Shown: piece after piece, positions 1-12,219 of the stretch
Numbering within the stretch: the first letter of the stretch is position 1
Layout: each line of letters begins with the position of its first letter
NCBI RefSeq assembly: GCF_964355755.1
Contig: NC_092674.1
Span: 23,808,001 to 23,872,000, forward strand
DNA from: Antedon mediterranea
Taxonomy: Eukaryota; Animalia; Echinodermata
Reading direction: 5' to 3'
Length of the DNA: 64,000 nucleotides
The notes under the pieces: model-generated
Database searches by the model: none
The model's input: the letters and a program-made list of their open reading frames with translations, nothing else
What the model was told of the DNA's origin: nothing
Made by a program: the position numbers and the translations under genes

Positions 1-124
1 GTCATGGGCCAAATCTAATATTTATCTCAAAATAGCAATTTCATAGCATAACCCGTTACAAGATGCGATACATTGATGGTAGTGCTATTTTCATGGCATT
101 ACCTATGACTTACACATTTGACTC

Positions 125-195
125 ATGTGCACTTTAAAGAATCCAGTACATCTTTCGGAAGAGTAGGGGGTTACCCCGGTGTACTGGTCCATTCA
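125..195 (+). mobile_element. SINE fragment, Deu/Nin-domain-like
   Basis: gcactttaaagaatccagtacatctttcggaagagtagggggttaccccggtgtactgg resembles my recollection of the DeuSINE/Nin central domain; boundaries uncertain. Confidence 0.4.
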
Positions 196-389
196 GCCCC
201 CTGTTTGGTGACATGAAGGGATCCTTATGGGAGGAGAAAGTTGTGGTATGTCGTCCACACCTGTGTGTAATTCAGCCCAGTAGGTTGCAAGTCACAAGTT
301 ATTCCCAATTTACATTGACTTGTAAGCAAAGAAATCTATTTCTGACTTATAAAGAGCAAAGTAATCTGTTTGCTGTTTCTCATTTGTAG

Positions 390-3300
390 GTAACCTTACC
401 GCTGTACAGAACATAACAGTTGATGGATACTTCAACATGTACAAGATTGATGTGTTAGCAAATAGAGTACTACAAAGCACAGATAAGTTTGTTGTATTTA
501 CCAACAATGTTACCATAGAAACGCTGGAGGTGTACAATGTAAGTAAATGTAAGCTCTGTTTACACTATCACACTAGTTTGACAATAAGTATGGTGGTGAT
601 ATGCCCAAATATGGTAGTTATACGACATCATTATGTCCATATGTGCACATCACATTTGTTTGTCACATAAAGTTTTGATAGTGTAGACAGAGCTTTATAT
701 TTAGATGCGCACATACCATAATTAGTAATTATCTATGACTGCTTCAATCCCGTAGCCAGGTTTTACAGAGAGATTTTCTAAAAGAGGGGTAAAAATTGCA
801 ATATGAAGTTTCGTAAAGGAGTTTTTCCTTTCATTGCTTGCATTGTGCCTACTTTGATGCGTCATACAAGCTTTAGATTACCCATAGCATGCTTTTTTGT
901 TTTAATAAAGGAATTTGTGATAGAAGATGATGTGTTATGTGGCATAAATCTAACTGATCTGAGGCTTTCATATCTAAGCAAAACCTTATCACAGACAATC
1001 TCAGCTTCCATCCGATTCTCTGATATTGAAGTGGATGACAACCAGTTTCTAAATAATGATATCACCGTGCTAGACTACCAAGGTGTGATTGGTCACTATG
1101 TGAATGGTATTGATTTGTCATTTATGTTGAATCTTACAGAAGAGGGAAGAGACAATCGGATAATAAATAGAACAGTGTCATTTATGTTTGGTCTTGCTGT
1201 AGGTATGTATAAGTCTAGGTAGTACTGTAGTGGTAGAAATGGCGTTTCATATTTGTAATACTGGAATCAATCTAGTATTATGGATCTGTATGCCTGGGTG
1301 GAAAGTGAACAATTTTAATTATTTCTCAGATAGTTAGTGTGTTTTGGAGACACGGGGCAGCAGCTGTATAGACCATAAGTGACTTATTGCCAGAGAGTAG
1401 GCAGGGGTCTCATTTTAGAGTTTTTTAGCTAGACGAGGGATCAGTGAAATTGCATTTTTACTGACCGTCCTCCAGGTTCCACCCATCCCATTCAAACACA
1501 GAATTGGCATTGTAAAATGATATTTGTAGGCCCTACCATGTGGGCTATCACGGGTGTCAATGGAATTATATGAGATCACATATATGATGTAATAGGCCTA
1601 CTATTTTTATGAGCTGAATTAAAACATTACTATTCAATTTGTCAGAACATATAACTGTAGAAGGAACCATCAATGGCATGGACATTCCAGGAGATGTTAT
1701 GCTGATTGCAGCCGACAACGTAGTCACTGCAACAAAGACCTTTTTTGACCCTGTATATATCAACAATGATCTGCAGATGTCAAACTACGGGACAATCGAT
1801 GGAGTTGATATTTCAGAATGGGCTTCAACCGTCACACTTACCAGTGATGATGCAGTAATACTTGTTACTGTGAATTTTAATAGAAGTCTTAATTTCCTTC
1901 AAGATTTAACGTAAGTTAAATTTCTGTTTAAAGGGTGGTAGGCCTACAAAAGCTCCTTCTAAACAACAAGCCCAACTAAGTCCTATCAAAATTAACCAAG
2001 CACTACCAGTAAAACGTGTAAATTATACCAAATAGAATCAATTTAGAATGTCAATTGCATTTTCATCTATAAAATTATACGATTTTGTCATCAAAAAAAC
2101 TTGAAATCTATATTTTAACAATTGACATTCTATTTGCCGACACACTAGTTGACTCAATACAGAAATTATTAAAGCAAATTATTTAATAATAATCCAATAA
2201 CATTGAAGTATGTGTTGGCATAGGAATGAACAGTTTGGGTATAATCCGAACTCCTAAAATCTTGAATGATGTTTTTTATAGCCGACTTCTATCGTAAACG
2301 TCAATTAGTCTTACATTCATCTGAATGATGACTTAGCCAGGACTGTTTAAAGCACCTTTGTCTGGTCCCAACATTGACCAAGGGCTTCTCTCGTCCAGTG
2401 ACAACCTTAACCAGAGGAGAAGCATAAGCCAATACGTCTGAGGCAGATACTAGATGCAGGGGCTGCCATTAGAGTCAGCAGTGCTGATTCCAAATGCCTA
2501 ATGGGACCCCAGCTCCATATACAGCACCCGGTATTCCCAGATGGTCTCCCATCCAAGCTTTAACCGGGCCCAACGTTGCTTTACTTCGGTGATCTGATGA
2601 GAACCGGTGTTTCAAAGTGGTAAGGCCGTACTGAATGATGTGTACCGCAGTAGAACCCTCCTTTGCAACATCTCTATTCAGGGATGTTCATATCAAGGCA
2701 ACATTTTCTCATTAAACAAACAATATGTTTAACACTATGGTCAATCCCTATTAAGGGAACACATTAATAATTGGTTTCTACTATTGTAGTACTATTCATC
2801 TATATATTCACTTTGACCAAAAATGGGATTAAAAAAAAACATTATTTACCTAAAAAAACTGTAATTTAAAGCAAATAATAGTCAAATTAGCTGCCAGCCA
2901 ATGGGTTTTGGTTGAATTTAACCATTTATTTGGTTTTTTCATAAGTGAAAACATTATTTTTATTTTTTTTAAAGTGATTAACTTTATTAAAACTACAAAA
3001 TAACAATTCGGGTCTGATTTAATTTATATTCATTTTTCATGTTTTTTGGGGACAATACATAGTTAAATTTATAGTTATTTAATTTATCGACAAGACACGT
3101 TGTCATATCCACTGTAAATATACGTGTGTCTTTACAGTGTTATTGGTTCAATTGATAGTGTACGCATACAATACGATAGCATTCTTTTGACCTGGGGAGA
3201 TCAGTTCATTAATGTACCTGTGACATTTGCGAGTGACCTTGCCTTCTATACAATATATCTTGATGGACTTTTCAATGGATTTGATGTTGATGACGTGTAT

Positions 3301-6300
3301 TATAATACGGTAAGATAACATACTGTACTTGGTATAACAATGAGAAAAAGTTAAAAAATTTATGTTAAACGTTAAGAAATGTTCAATACACTGATATTGG
3401 AAGGGCATTCCAATTAGAAATGGATAAACGGAAGGAAAATTTGAACATATTTCTTTGCAATGTCTTGTATTTTTTATATATGATATTTTATGTTCAACTT
3501 CAATTTATGTAATGATAAATAAGTTCAAGTTCAAATTTGTCAGGCGTAATAAACTTTTCTCATGTCTTATATCTTTTAGCTTTATGATGAAGGACATCGG
3601 TCCCTTACGGGTACAACATACACTGGAGAACCTACATTTACAAACATCACATTGTATGGACTGATTAATGACGTAGATCTTTTAAACTTGCTTGAAAACC
3701 TTGAGAATACCGTGTTCTTTGATGTATTCGCTGATAGCGTGGAGGATCGGTGTGAAGCTATTGATCAGCTGCACAAAACTCAGGAAAGTATGTACAAATA
3801 TTGAATATGTATGAGTTTAATGAGCTCATAGTAAACAAATAATGAATATGTATGAGTTTAATGAGCTCATGAAGTAAACAAATAATGAATATGTATGAGT
3901 TTAATGAGCTCATGAAGTAAACAAATAATGAATATTTAATAAGCTCAGGATAGAAAGTATACAAATAATGAATATTTATGAATTGAATGAGCTCAGCAAA
4001 TTAAGTATAGAAATAGAATTAAGAAAGTAATTTTCCAAATAATAAATATTTATAAATTTAGTGAACTTAGCAAAGTATAGAAGTAATGATATTTTCAAGT
4101 TGAATATATGGCCTGATGTACGTGTAGACTTAATGCAAGCAAAAATATTTTAATCTCAACGATTATAAGCAACATCTTAGTTAAGTCGAAGATGCTCTCC
4201 AGATGGAATGCCATCCTGAGATGGTAGTAGTAATTTTGTTTATTTTATTTATTTCATTTATATGTAATTTACTTTCTATGGACCAGAGTTTCCGAAATAA
4301 AAGATCGAATGAATGAATGAGAATACGATTTAAATGAATATTTAATGAGCTCAGAATAGATAGTATATACAATAAAATAAAATACTGAGTGTATGGATGA
4401 GCTCATTAACAGAGAGCAAGTATTTACACTATTTGCAAAAAAAAAATATATTGGCAATGTTTAAAAACAAAGCATGATAATATCAAGTAATTGTTAATTA
4501 TTAACATATTCAAGATTATTCTTGAATTTGGATGAAATGTAAACTTGTAACAAACTTACTTGTTTTAAATGTGTAGATCGTGCAGTACTAATCGAATGTA
4601 CCAAAGTTCTAAAGAAAATCTCAACGACTGGTTCTGTTAGTTGGCATTCTTTCGTCCTTGAACATAATCAATTACTATTAATTGGAACAGCAGGAAATGG
4701 CACCAGTGCTTGTAATCCAACAACTTTATACTGGTGGAATAAAAGAAGGGGTAATTATGAAGAAGTAGTGGTACGTAAAAATCTATGTTTGACAGGAAAG
4801 TTCTGTATCCCCTGTTGTCCCTGAATATGGATGGGTGTCCCAAACAAGAAGTGTCCCAAATGAGCGGTTCTACTATAAGTATCTAAATATTGTCCCCTTA
4901 ATTGATCTTGGCCATACTGTACTGTTGGTGTCCCAAAGGAAGTGTGTCCCAAAGGAAAAGGTGTCCCAAAGGAAATTGTGTCCCAAAGGAAAAGGTGTCC
5001 CAAAGGAAAAGGTGTCCCAAAGGAAATTGTGTCCCAAAGAAAATTGTGTCCCAATGGGAAGTGTGTCCCAATGGGAAGTGTGTCCCAATGGGAAGTGTGT
5101 CCCAATGGGAAGTGTGTCCCAATGGGAAGTGTGTCCCAAGGGAAGGGTGTTCCAAGGGAAGGGTGCCCCAAAGGAAAAGGTGTCCCAAAGGAAAAGGTGT
5201 CCCAAGGGAAGTGTGTCCCAAGGGGAAGGGTGTCCCAAGGGGAAGGGTGTCCCAAAGGAAAGGGTGTCCCAAAGGAAAGGGTGTCCCAAAGGAAAGTGTC
5301 CCAATGGAAGTGTGTCCCAATGGAAGTGTGTCCTAAAGGAAAGGGTGTCCCAAGGGAAAGGGTGTCCCAAAGGAAAGGGTGTCCCAAAGGAAAGGGTGTC
5401 CCAAAGGAAAGTGTGTCCCAAGGGAAGGGTGTCCCAAGGGAAGGGTCTCTTTCAAAGGAAGTGTTCCACTGTACAGAAAATTTAACTAAAACGATATTAT
5501 GTATTTGTATGTCTACCTTTTTACTGTATACTATAGGCACTGTCCAGTACCAAACAACTGTTTACTACAGACTAAAGAGCAAATATCACTGAACAAAAAC
5601 AAAATGTTTATACAAATTATGTTGCTCCTCACCTTTATAATGATTAATATTGTAAAATGCAGCCACTAATTTATACATTTAATCATATTGTTGATTTATT
5701 GTGTCTATTTTAATTCAGTTATGAATTAGCATTTTTAATTTCTTGCATTTGATTGATTTATACATACCTTTTGACATTAATTTCATATTGATTGCAATAT
5801 TTTTAATTCATTGATAATATTGAGGTATTGGTAAATCTAATTTTGTCTTTCATTAGACAATGTATCCTTCAAGAGCAGATGATGTGAGTGCATTTTTATT
5901 TGAATACATCCAATTTATGGTCATAGCCAGTCAGGGAGACTACTTGGAGGAGTGTTCATTTGATGTACATCCCACGTTAGATTATATTCCTATAACTAAT
6001 TGTGAGTATATTCGAGAGAGTGGTACAGGTACTGGGCTTGGTGGTTGACATGCTTGCTTACCAATCCCATGGTCCTTGGTTCAAATCCATTCTTTTTTTC
6101 GTCTACTACAGTGCCACTACCTTGTACTATAAGACCTTTATTTAGTCTGTATTGCTATTGGATGGTGTGGAAACTTTTTTTTTAAATGGTTCTATTATGC
6201 CAATCAAGAGACTAAACCATTGCTGACCCCAATGTGGACCATTCCATTCATTATTGGATGGTATAATTTATCTACCACCTAGAATGAAAGATCGAAATTG

Positions 6301-9300
6301 TAACACATTCAAAGATTTCTATTCTATTTGTACAGTACAGTATGTATAAATGTGTTGTATTTTTTAGCATCTTCTGGATGTGTGTGGGTTCTATATCTAA
6401 AATACGATACAGCTTATTTCTATCAAAAGATCAATTTTGACAATGCAGCAGATGTGGAAGTCTTTGTAAACCCTCTCACGAGAGAGAATTGCATGACAAT
6501 CATAGAGGCAGCAGAGGTCAATGCTCGGATATACACTACAAATTCTTTAGCTGCTGTGTATTGTATGAAGTATTATAAATCAGGATTTGTGCAAGTAACA
6601 ACCATTCCAACTCGTGGTGCAGTGAAGGTAAGTCATGTTAAAGCTCGGGTACAGGCATGAATTTTAAATATAATATCTGGTTAATTAAATTAATCAAATA
6701 TTTGTAATAGAAATCAAGACGAAAAAACATGAATTTCCCTTAAAATGGTCAAATAAAAACCAAGAAAACTTTTTTTCAGTAGTTAGGTAGTTTAACCTAA
6801 TGTAATGATATGTCTGGTGACTCCCTAGAAGGTGAAAAAAGATGGTGGATATACGGTGGATAAGTTTTGCTATAGCATGAAAATAAAACTCTGAAGTTGA
6901 ATAAAAATAGAAGAAAACTAGAAATGTAAAATTCAAGTTATATTACCTATATTTAGTCATCTGATAACATTTTTTACCACACCGTTCATTTTTCATAGTT
7001 TTTAAAAAATGCCTCTCTATTTACAACATTTGTGTACAAAAGAACAAAGATTTTACTGTGTAATTTGAACTATCCCCCCACTGATAAGAAAGTGCTTATT
7101 TTCAACAAGCTGGTGGAACACAAATAAAATCCCAAAAATTATGAAACATAGGGGAAACTATAGATCGATAATTATTGGAATGTATGATCAATAGAAATGT
7201 AAGGAATCTTTGTACTGTTTTACTGTTTCCACTTGGATGCAAAAACATTATCGCAATCTGACAATCACAATCGATTCATTATTTGAATAGTTGCGTGTCA
7301 TTGGTGAATTCGCTTGCGTTACGCTTTCAATCTTTGTGCTACGTCCTATTGGGGACCACTTGGCTCACTAAAAAATTTGCCGCAAACTGTGATCGCGTTC
7401 TATCAGACGCACACTAAACGATTCTGATTGGATAATTAATTACTTCGCTATACGGCACTCCCTGACATACTATAATAAATCAGAACATGTCATGAGCAGT
7501 GGAATTTTTTAGTGAGCTATCTGCTAACGTTCGGCGCACACACTTGAGTAAAATGACACGGGTGCCAACAAATATTAAACACGATATATATTTTCCTCAG
7601 CGGCATGCGTGGCTGATTCCTTACGAAATACCCGGCGCACACCGTTAGTTAAGTGTTACTCGTGCCAGTTGGCTCAGCCGAAGGCTCTAGTGTGAGCCGG
7701 GCTTTAGGAAACATAACAATTGTTTTTATTGTGCCTTTCTTTTGATTACCAAAGCAAATGAGTATCATAAAAGCCACTTTTAATATTGTTTTATATGTTT
7801 GATGGTTTTTAAAATAAAGATATGGATATATAAATGCCAAACTGCACTGTTCTAAATGCACTGCTACTCAAGTTTAGAACAATTTTAATTCTGGGATTTC
7901 CATTTGCTATTTTCAACCAGTTGTTAAATATGTAAATATTTTTACCAGTTTTATTTTACAATTGTATTTTAGGAATTTTCCCTTTTAGACTATGTTTTAC
8001 TATATTTGTAAACATGTTCTGAACAATTCATTTTTATATTTCCCTTTTATTTTCTCTCCTTTTTAACATTGTAAATTTTGTCTGTCTTTGTATTGTGATT
8101 TTAAAGGTTTAGGCTTTTGCAAGTTTTTTTTTTAATGCCTTTCATGAATGTTTTTAATCTATTAATATCTCTCCTTTTTATCCTGTCTCAATATGTTTTA
8201 AATAAAAATAAAAATTTACCTATAATATATGTTACAGATTACCCATTTTTTTGTTGATGGTATACTTCACCTGGCGATTGCTAACTTCCTTGATTCTTAC
8301 ATATCGTCTGTGGCGACCACCTCAGAAGTTTGGATCCAGTCTGACAACTATACCTTTACGAAAGTTGCTGAAGCAGACTCTTTTGCTGCCATGGATATTT
8401 TAGAAATGGAGATAAATGAGCAATATTATATAGTCATTGCCAATGGTTTTCAGGGAGCATTGACGGATTGTAATTTTGATGTTCCAGTACAGGTGTTTGA
8501 GTGAGTTATTTTTTTTCCTAGAACTAGATGAACTCATAATTTCTAAAGTTTTTGGTATTTGTCAAAAATCCTGTGATTTTATTCACCAATCACACTTTTT
8601 AAAATTTCAATAGCTAATATAATTATCTCCGCCTAAGAGCTTATGTTTTGACCCCTGTAAGTTTGTCAGTGTACAGGCTTGAGGCCACAGTTTTATCCAA
8701 AACTTTTCCACATAGTAGTAGTTCAATTATTTGGGGTGGCTAGGAAAGTGCCTTCTAACTTATTACACTAACACAAACTGTTTTTGTACTGTAGGTATAC
8801 TATGGGGTCACCAAATCTTGAGTGGAGGCAAGACTTGACTGCATACGGTGCATTAGATCTGGATTCGCACAGTGTGAATTCAAAACATTTACTCTTTGTG
8901 CTCGATAGGACAGACACTGTGACAGTTTACAAATACCAAGGGTCGTTATTGATGTTTGTCCGCATTAAAATTCTACCGGTAGAAGGTAATTCAATTAAAT
9001 TCAATTTATTTCAGACAAACTGTCCATATGAAACATATACATACAATAAAAAAGAAATACGAAGAATTATGTGACAACCGTCATGGAGAGGGAGGACCAA
9101 GAATTATTTAAAGTGCCTCTCTCCACTTGAAATACATTTTGGAATAAAAAATGAACAATTCATATACATATTTTGTTTTTGCTTTTCATAATTGTGGAAA
9201 GAAAACTATAAATTGTTAGCCTAAAAAATTCATAAAAAGATGGAACATTATTATCCACAAACAGATTTCTTGCATTGAGATATCGGGGTTGATTGATTGA

Positions 9301-10252
9301 TATCCTTTTGAAATAATTAGACCTAAAGGAGAACAATACATATTAATACAATACGATCTAAACAAGTAACACTTGATTGATTCGGAGAAGTAGAAAGGTA
9401 TTATACAGTATACCACAGTATATCAACATGATTAGTTTTTAGGTCTGCCTGCGTTTTTCAACCACACTAACATGAATGCATTCCTTTTCAGGAGCCCAAA
9501 CCTTGCACGTATTCTCTCTACATGGTACTAGTTACATACACGCTGGTGTCGGAGCCTACGATCTTGAAGATCGTTTCTTCTCAGATCAGGAAGTATTGCC
9601 TATACCAATTAACTCCCAAATCCTTCAAGCTAGAATTGACCAAACAGGTAATTTTTTTAAAGCAAAATTCAGTGTACAGTTTAGAATATATATCCAATTC
9701 TCAGTACAGCATCTGTAATTAAACCAGTATCTAGGAAAATTCTGTCATACACTGTCACATAGATATACCGTATCTAGACTTATTACTTACTTAATTTGTT
9801 GTTGGGCTTAAAGCAAGTGCTTAATTATGTCCCTCTGGATGTTCCTTCCTACGTTCTCCTATATGGATGCGTGAAATAGCAAAATTTGTACAACGAGCAG
9901 AGTCTTCCTGTTTCAATTTTTGCCTTGAAAATAGTTTCTCAGCTGAAGTATTATACGTATGAAACGCCATGTATGCCAAAATATTTATTTTTCGCCACTC
10001 AGACTGTGTGTTTAATACATATATAATGGGTATGACAAATTGTATTGGGAATGGCCCTAGATGCTGATGTATTATGTAAAATTGTAAATACAGTAATAAT
10101 ACTTCATAATCATATACAGAGAAACTAGAAAATGTACATGCCAATGATTGTTATATATTTATATATTGTCATTATATTTATATTATTTTGTTAGTTTTGT
10201 AATTCAATTTTCTTTTTTTTTTTTAGAATTCGAGACTCAAAGCTGTTCTTAA
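390..10252 (+). CDS. 3' part (12 exons) of a large protein with (I/V/F)NG(x)D(L/I/V) repeats and C-terminal EPTP/EAR-like repeats; 5' end lies upstream of the window
   Basis: GT-AG exons joining in frame with matching phases: 390-538, 911-1202, 1646-1910, 3138-3309, 3580-3787, 4577-4770, 5857-6001, 6368-6627, 8238-8500, 8795-8985, 9492-9647, 10227-10252 (EFETQSCS*). Repeats VNGIDL, INGMDI, IDGVDI, FNGFDV, INDVDL; EPTP-like units KKISTTGSVSWHSF..LYWWN, TTIPTRGAVKITHFFVDGILHLAIAN, QDLTAYGALDL. Confidence 0.8.
552..694. mobile_element. Harbinger-like MITE family 1 (AGCTCTGTCTACACTATC...GATAGTGTAGACAGAGCT)
   Basis: Terminal inverted repeats; further copies near 14700-14813, 18202-18361, 37550-37677, 40973-41054 and 41748-41905. 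Confidence 0.7.
2331..2630 (-). mobile_element. 5S rRNA-derived SINE (SINE3)
   Basis: Reverse complement of 2521-2630 is a diverged animal 5S rRNA (tacggccttaccac...gatcaccgaagtaaagcaacg...gggaataccgggtgctgt), followed by a ~190-bp non-5S body; 10-bp direct repeat CTGAATGATG at 2321-2330 and 2631-2640. Confidence 0.8.
3795..4000. repeat. Intronic tandem repeat, ~40-43-bp unit
   Basis: aatgaatatgtatgagtttaatgagctcat(ga)agtaaacaaat repeated 3-5 times, degenerating. Confidence 0.8.
4835..5473. repeat. ~17-bp minisatellite (gtgtcccaa(a/t/g)ggaa...), probably expanded inside a Tc1/pogo-type MITE
   Basis: Over 30 tandem units; the array ends in gtgttccactgTA, a TIR-like end. It explains the six overlapping spurious ORFs. 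Confidence 0.85.
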
Positions 10253-12219
10253 GCCGATCAAGTCTGGGGTAGGAAAATCGATCACACTATATTTATATAG
10301 AATATATTTTGACAAGAAATAGAAATTATAAAATTAAAAAAAAAAAGATTAAATCAAATATAACACTATTAGTAAAACGTGTCTATATATTTATATGTAT
10401 ATTATATATAAATATATATGTATATAATATACAATATTTTCTATGCTGTATAAGGTTATAATAATGTAATTCAAATTATGCAACAATTGATTTCCTCATC
10501 ATTTGTTTAAGTGTGAAAATCATCTTTTCACAGTCTTAAATACTAAACAGTATATTTGCCTGTTTTGATACATAACTAAGGAAAACATATCTTGTTTGTA
10601 TAGTTGCATCTCCGCAGCACTACTAGTACACTAATAAAATCTTTAATCGTTTTCAAAAGCTGGAAGTTCAATTTATTTTTTAAACTTTTTTCTTCTGCAG
10701 ATAAAGTACTGTATTATTTAAAAATATTGTACAATGTTGTTCAGGACTGTAAATTTTGTTTATAAACTCACATATTTTTTAAACAATGAAAATTTGTAAT
10801 TCAGATCATTTTGCATATCATTGTTTAAATTTAGCAACTTGGGGGTTACATTCAGGCCAAATGAAAGTTGACAACAATAACAATGACGTTAGTTTACAAA
10901 TCGGTTGAGAAGTTGTAATACAGATCGTTTTGCATATCATTGTTTAAAGTTAGCAACTTAGGGGTTACTTTCAGATCTTCAGCAACTTGGGGGTTACTTT
11001 CAGATTATTTACAGGAACATAAAATTGTCTTGCAGTTTTTAATTACGAAATAAACAGTACAGTAAATTCTCAATTACAGACACGATTTTGTGGTTTCAAG
11101 CGAGGATAAATGAGTGTAGAACCGTTCAAACTAATTTCGAATTTCATAGACCTACAGAATGTACGTATAAACGAAGTTTGGAAACTCGTTGTTTGCAAAC
11201 TGGTTTTCAGTAGTTTGTCGACTGGTCTATACACTAGCAGATAGACAACTTTGCTTGACAAACTTTGCTTAATTAAAAAAAATATACGGTCACGCTGAAT
11301 CTGAGCTCAGTGTGAACGTAGTTTAAGCATAATCCGAGGTGAGCACAGGGAACATTTTCGCCAGTGTAGCGTAGCAAAAAGCTATACAAAACAACCTTAT
11401 TGCTACACATTTTGAAAATTGTGTAGCAAAAAATACAATACAAAACTATGTTTTTGGACTTAAAAATCAGTTTGATTAGCAATATTGCTAAACAAAATTT
11501 TTAAATGAAAATTTTCCCTGGAGCAGAACTCTCCTCCGTGTCGTTAACTATGGTAGTATAACTCCTGGTTTGAACGCAAAACAGATTAAATCGCAGTATT
11601 TACTAATTTAATTCCGGTAAAGAAAAAAGACAATTAAACATAGCTCAATAATTATGTGTATGATAAACGCTATTTGCGTTTTGTTGATGTGAAATTTAAA
11701 CAAAATCATTCGTACTGTATACTCTATTGAATAACAATGGGTCTAGTAACACAGTTTAATATTAAAGCATCCGATCCGACTCTGTTCATTTGATACCATC
11801 ACTTCACGGTATAATTACATAACGTCCAAGGTCTGTTTATACTCAATGTTTTGTAACAGTTCTGTGCCCATCAAACATGTTAAGCTTGGTTCCCACTACA
11901 CTAGCAACGCAACCACCTACGAAACGTAGCAAAATGCCCTTCTAATAATGAGTTTTCCCCCGCCTGCGTGAAACCAAACCTGCGATGTTTGCATCACTGT
12001 TGCGTCGTCTGGTTCCGACTTGAGATTACGCAATACAACACTTTGCGTCAATACGAAGCTTCGTCGCGTTGCAAGTGGGCGGAACCATGCTTCAGGGCTA
12101 TAGCCAAATGGTCTTGAGTATTAGAGAAATCGGCTTCTCCTGTGTTAAAACAATAACTAATAATAATAGAATCTGAATCTGCCAAAAAATCCACTATTAC
12201 AAAACTGCTGTGCGTGATC

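Noticed and set aside
2521-2630. Functional 5S rRNA gene
   Set aside because: Diverged, lacks the first bases and an oligo-T terminator, and shares a TSD with an attached body; treated as a SINE head.
4755-5592. Six overlapping 140-261-aa ORFs
   Set aside because: Translations of a stop-free 17-bp minisatellite in an intron.
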